NCBI GenBank assembly: GCA_032718475.1
Contig: JAUCBJ010006611.1
Location: 1 to 64,000, forward strand
DNA length: 64,000 bases
Direction of reading: 5' to 3'
Origin: Nemertoderma westbladi
Taxonomy: Eukaryota; Animalia; Xenacoelomorpha
The notes under the pieces: generated by a model
Database searches by the model: none
What the model was told of the DNA's origin: nothing
The model's input: the letters and a program-made list of their open reading frames with translations, nothing else
Made by a program: the position numbers and the translations under genes
In this document: positions 62,030-64,000 of the stretch, piece by piece
Layout: every line of letters starts with the position of its first letter
Numbering within the stretch: the first letter of the stretch is position 1

Positions 62030-62768
62030 ACCCCGGTTTCCATGATGCAATATAGCTAGTAGCCTCGAGCTAGTAGCTACTGGGTCGTCGCCAATAGCTA
62101 ATAGCCGCGGCCACTAGCTACTGGCCGCAGCCAGTGGCTACTTGCCGCAAAACCAATAGCTACTGGCCGCGAAACTTCTAGCTATTTGCGCGAGGAAAAT
62201 ATCCTTCAACCAATTCAGAGCCGTAGCTGCACGCTACGTGCAATACAATATTTTAATCAATAACAATCACTTTTTAATTATTACTAGCAATACTGTAGTA
62301 GTACTATACAATATAATAGCAAAGTATATTAATTTTTTAATTTTAAATGTTCTACAACATTTCATGTATTTATTTTGAAAAAAAATTGTTCTAGAACATA
62401 TGTATATAGGTATATAATATATATATTGTTCTAGAAACTAGTTATAATTTGTTCTAGAACAACTGGTGTGGGGTCCATCCACAATTAAAAAATTAAAGAA
62501 AGCCGTAAAAAACCTTTTATGTGATGGGTAGAAATTATCTGAAAGATACAAAAACAAGATATTAAAAGGCGAGGACCGAGGAACCATTTCAGATAGCCGT
62601 GTGTTTTATGGAAACAGGGTGTTTCATGGAAACCGGGATGACAGTGTCTCAAATAGCCGGTAGCTACGAGCCGCTGCTAACAGCTAGTAGTCTGCTGAAA
62701 CCAGCTATTTTCAGTAGTATTTTCAGCTACATTATTAGCTAGCTATGTTACATCATGGAAACCGGGCT
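62030..62768. mobile_element. PIF/Harbinger-type MITE
   Basis: TIRs ACCCCGGTTTCCATGATG / CATCATGGAAACCGGGCT, TAA TSD on both sides, subterminal TAGCTA repeats. Confidence 0.8.
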
Positions 62769-63308
62769 TAAAACCAAATAAAATATAAGTTATTTTCGTT
62801 AAAATAAACTTATCATTCGAGGTTAAGACACCTAGATCCCTTTCTTATAATATATTGTATGTTAAAAAAACACTGTTTGAAAGAAATGTATCTTCTCCTA
62901 CAATTCTAAATGAAATAAAGCGAAAATTTGCAGAAAACATGTCCAATAGGTGCTCCCTATGGGGTGTGGACAGAATTTTGATTGAGTGAATTCTACGATT
63001 ATGATCGGTAATTCTAGAATTAATTTCACTGTTGCCAAGCAACCAGCAGGTCCCTCGCAACCAAAACCTTGCATACACAACTAGGTCCGATAATAAACCT
63101 ACCATCAAAGTTTCATCCAACTCCATCAACATTAAGTGCAAGAAGTTGTGTGTACAAACAAACACACATAGAAACAAACAAGCGTGAGAAATAAGCAGAT
63201 GAAATGAGATGAAATAATGAGAAATATACATCCATGATGGATCCGTCCAATTAATCATTATCTTTAATGCGTGCATTGTCTTACATTTATCTGTAAAAGC
63301 CATCAACC

Positions 63309-63380
63309 AGCAGAGTGGCGCAGTGGAAGCGTGCTGGGCCCATAACCCAGAGGTCCGTGGATCGAAACCACGCTCTGCTA
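63309..63380 (+). tRNA. tRNA-iMet: Initiator tRNA-Met (CAT)
   Basis: 72 nt AGCAGAG...CTCTGCTA, A1:U72 pair, three G:C pairs in the anticodon stem, CAT anticodon, initiator-type T-loop ATCGAAA, downstream TTTTT terminator. Confidence 0.98.
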
Positions 63381-64000
63381 GGTTCCGTTTTTGCTTATTA
63401 TAAACATGGCAGCCTTCAACCCTAAAAAAAGATAACAGAAATTAAGTTTCTATCTGCGAACAAAACCATCCTAATGTTGATTCTGAAAGTCCTAGTACAT
63501 TATATAATCGCAGCCTTATTATATACGGCTGCGAAATCTGTGGATGTAATGTAAAGCTCCGAAAAAACTTATTACATACAGTATACACTATTTCCTTCCC
63601 GTTCCACCTAAATCTCCATGGCGTTCCCTCCCATTCTGTCGAAATCACCAACAACGTTCCTTCATGTTCCACCTATATCATCCATGGCGTTCCCTCCCGT
63701 TCCGACTTATGAGTTATTTCTTCGAGTTGTTTTCCTTTGAACTCACTCATTCTCCCCTCTGAAATCAAAACCATGAGTTTTGAAACTTGAGAAACCTCAA
63801 TTACATCGCTATCCATCTATACATTGCTATACATGTATTTACCGCACAATACGTCGGTACGCCAAATGCTGGAATGCTTCACTACACGGCTCTCGTAAAG
63901 AACGTGCAAGCGAATAAGAGAGAAGGTTTGAGACAAGATTGGTTTGAAGAACTTAGTAAATAGTTTATATAGAAAGAAAGTGAATGCATACTGTAAGCCA

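Noticed and set aside
62845-63672. ORFs around the tRNA
   Set aside because: No recognisable motifs; probably chance ORFs

Overview
AT-rich eukaryotic (invertebrate animal-like) DNA dominated by nested mobile elements; the species cannot be identified from sequence alone. Host genes: a galactose-3-O-sulfotransferase-like gene (minus, 10815->1812) whose second exon is split by a Helitron-type insertion, a single-ORF PH+RhoGAP gene, a two-exon NUDT9, and an initiator tRNA-Met. Two large elements fill most of the window. (1) An 18.4-kb BEL/Pao LTR retrotransposon (21411-39775; 1193-bp LTRs, AAAAT TSD) has a broken gag-pol. In the env position it carries a ~1400-aa non-env ORF with a WRN/RNase D-like DEDDy exonuclease domain and CCHC zinc knuckles, preceded by a duplicated structured-RNA candidate. 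(2) A 19.0-kb Polinton/Maverick (41982-60968; AACGGC TSD) sits inside an RTE-like LINE. It encodes ATPase, integrase, two pentons, major capsid, adenain protease and pPolB, plus RING, TBP-like and PC4-like accessory genes. Also present are 52-bp, 90-bp and 473-bp tandem arrays, a SINE and MITEs. All domain calls come from motif recognition by eye; no searches were run.
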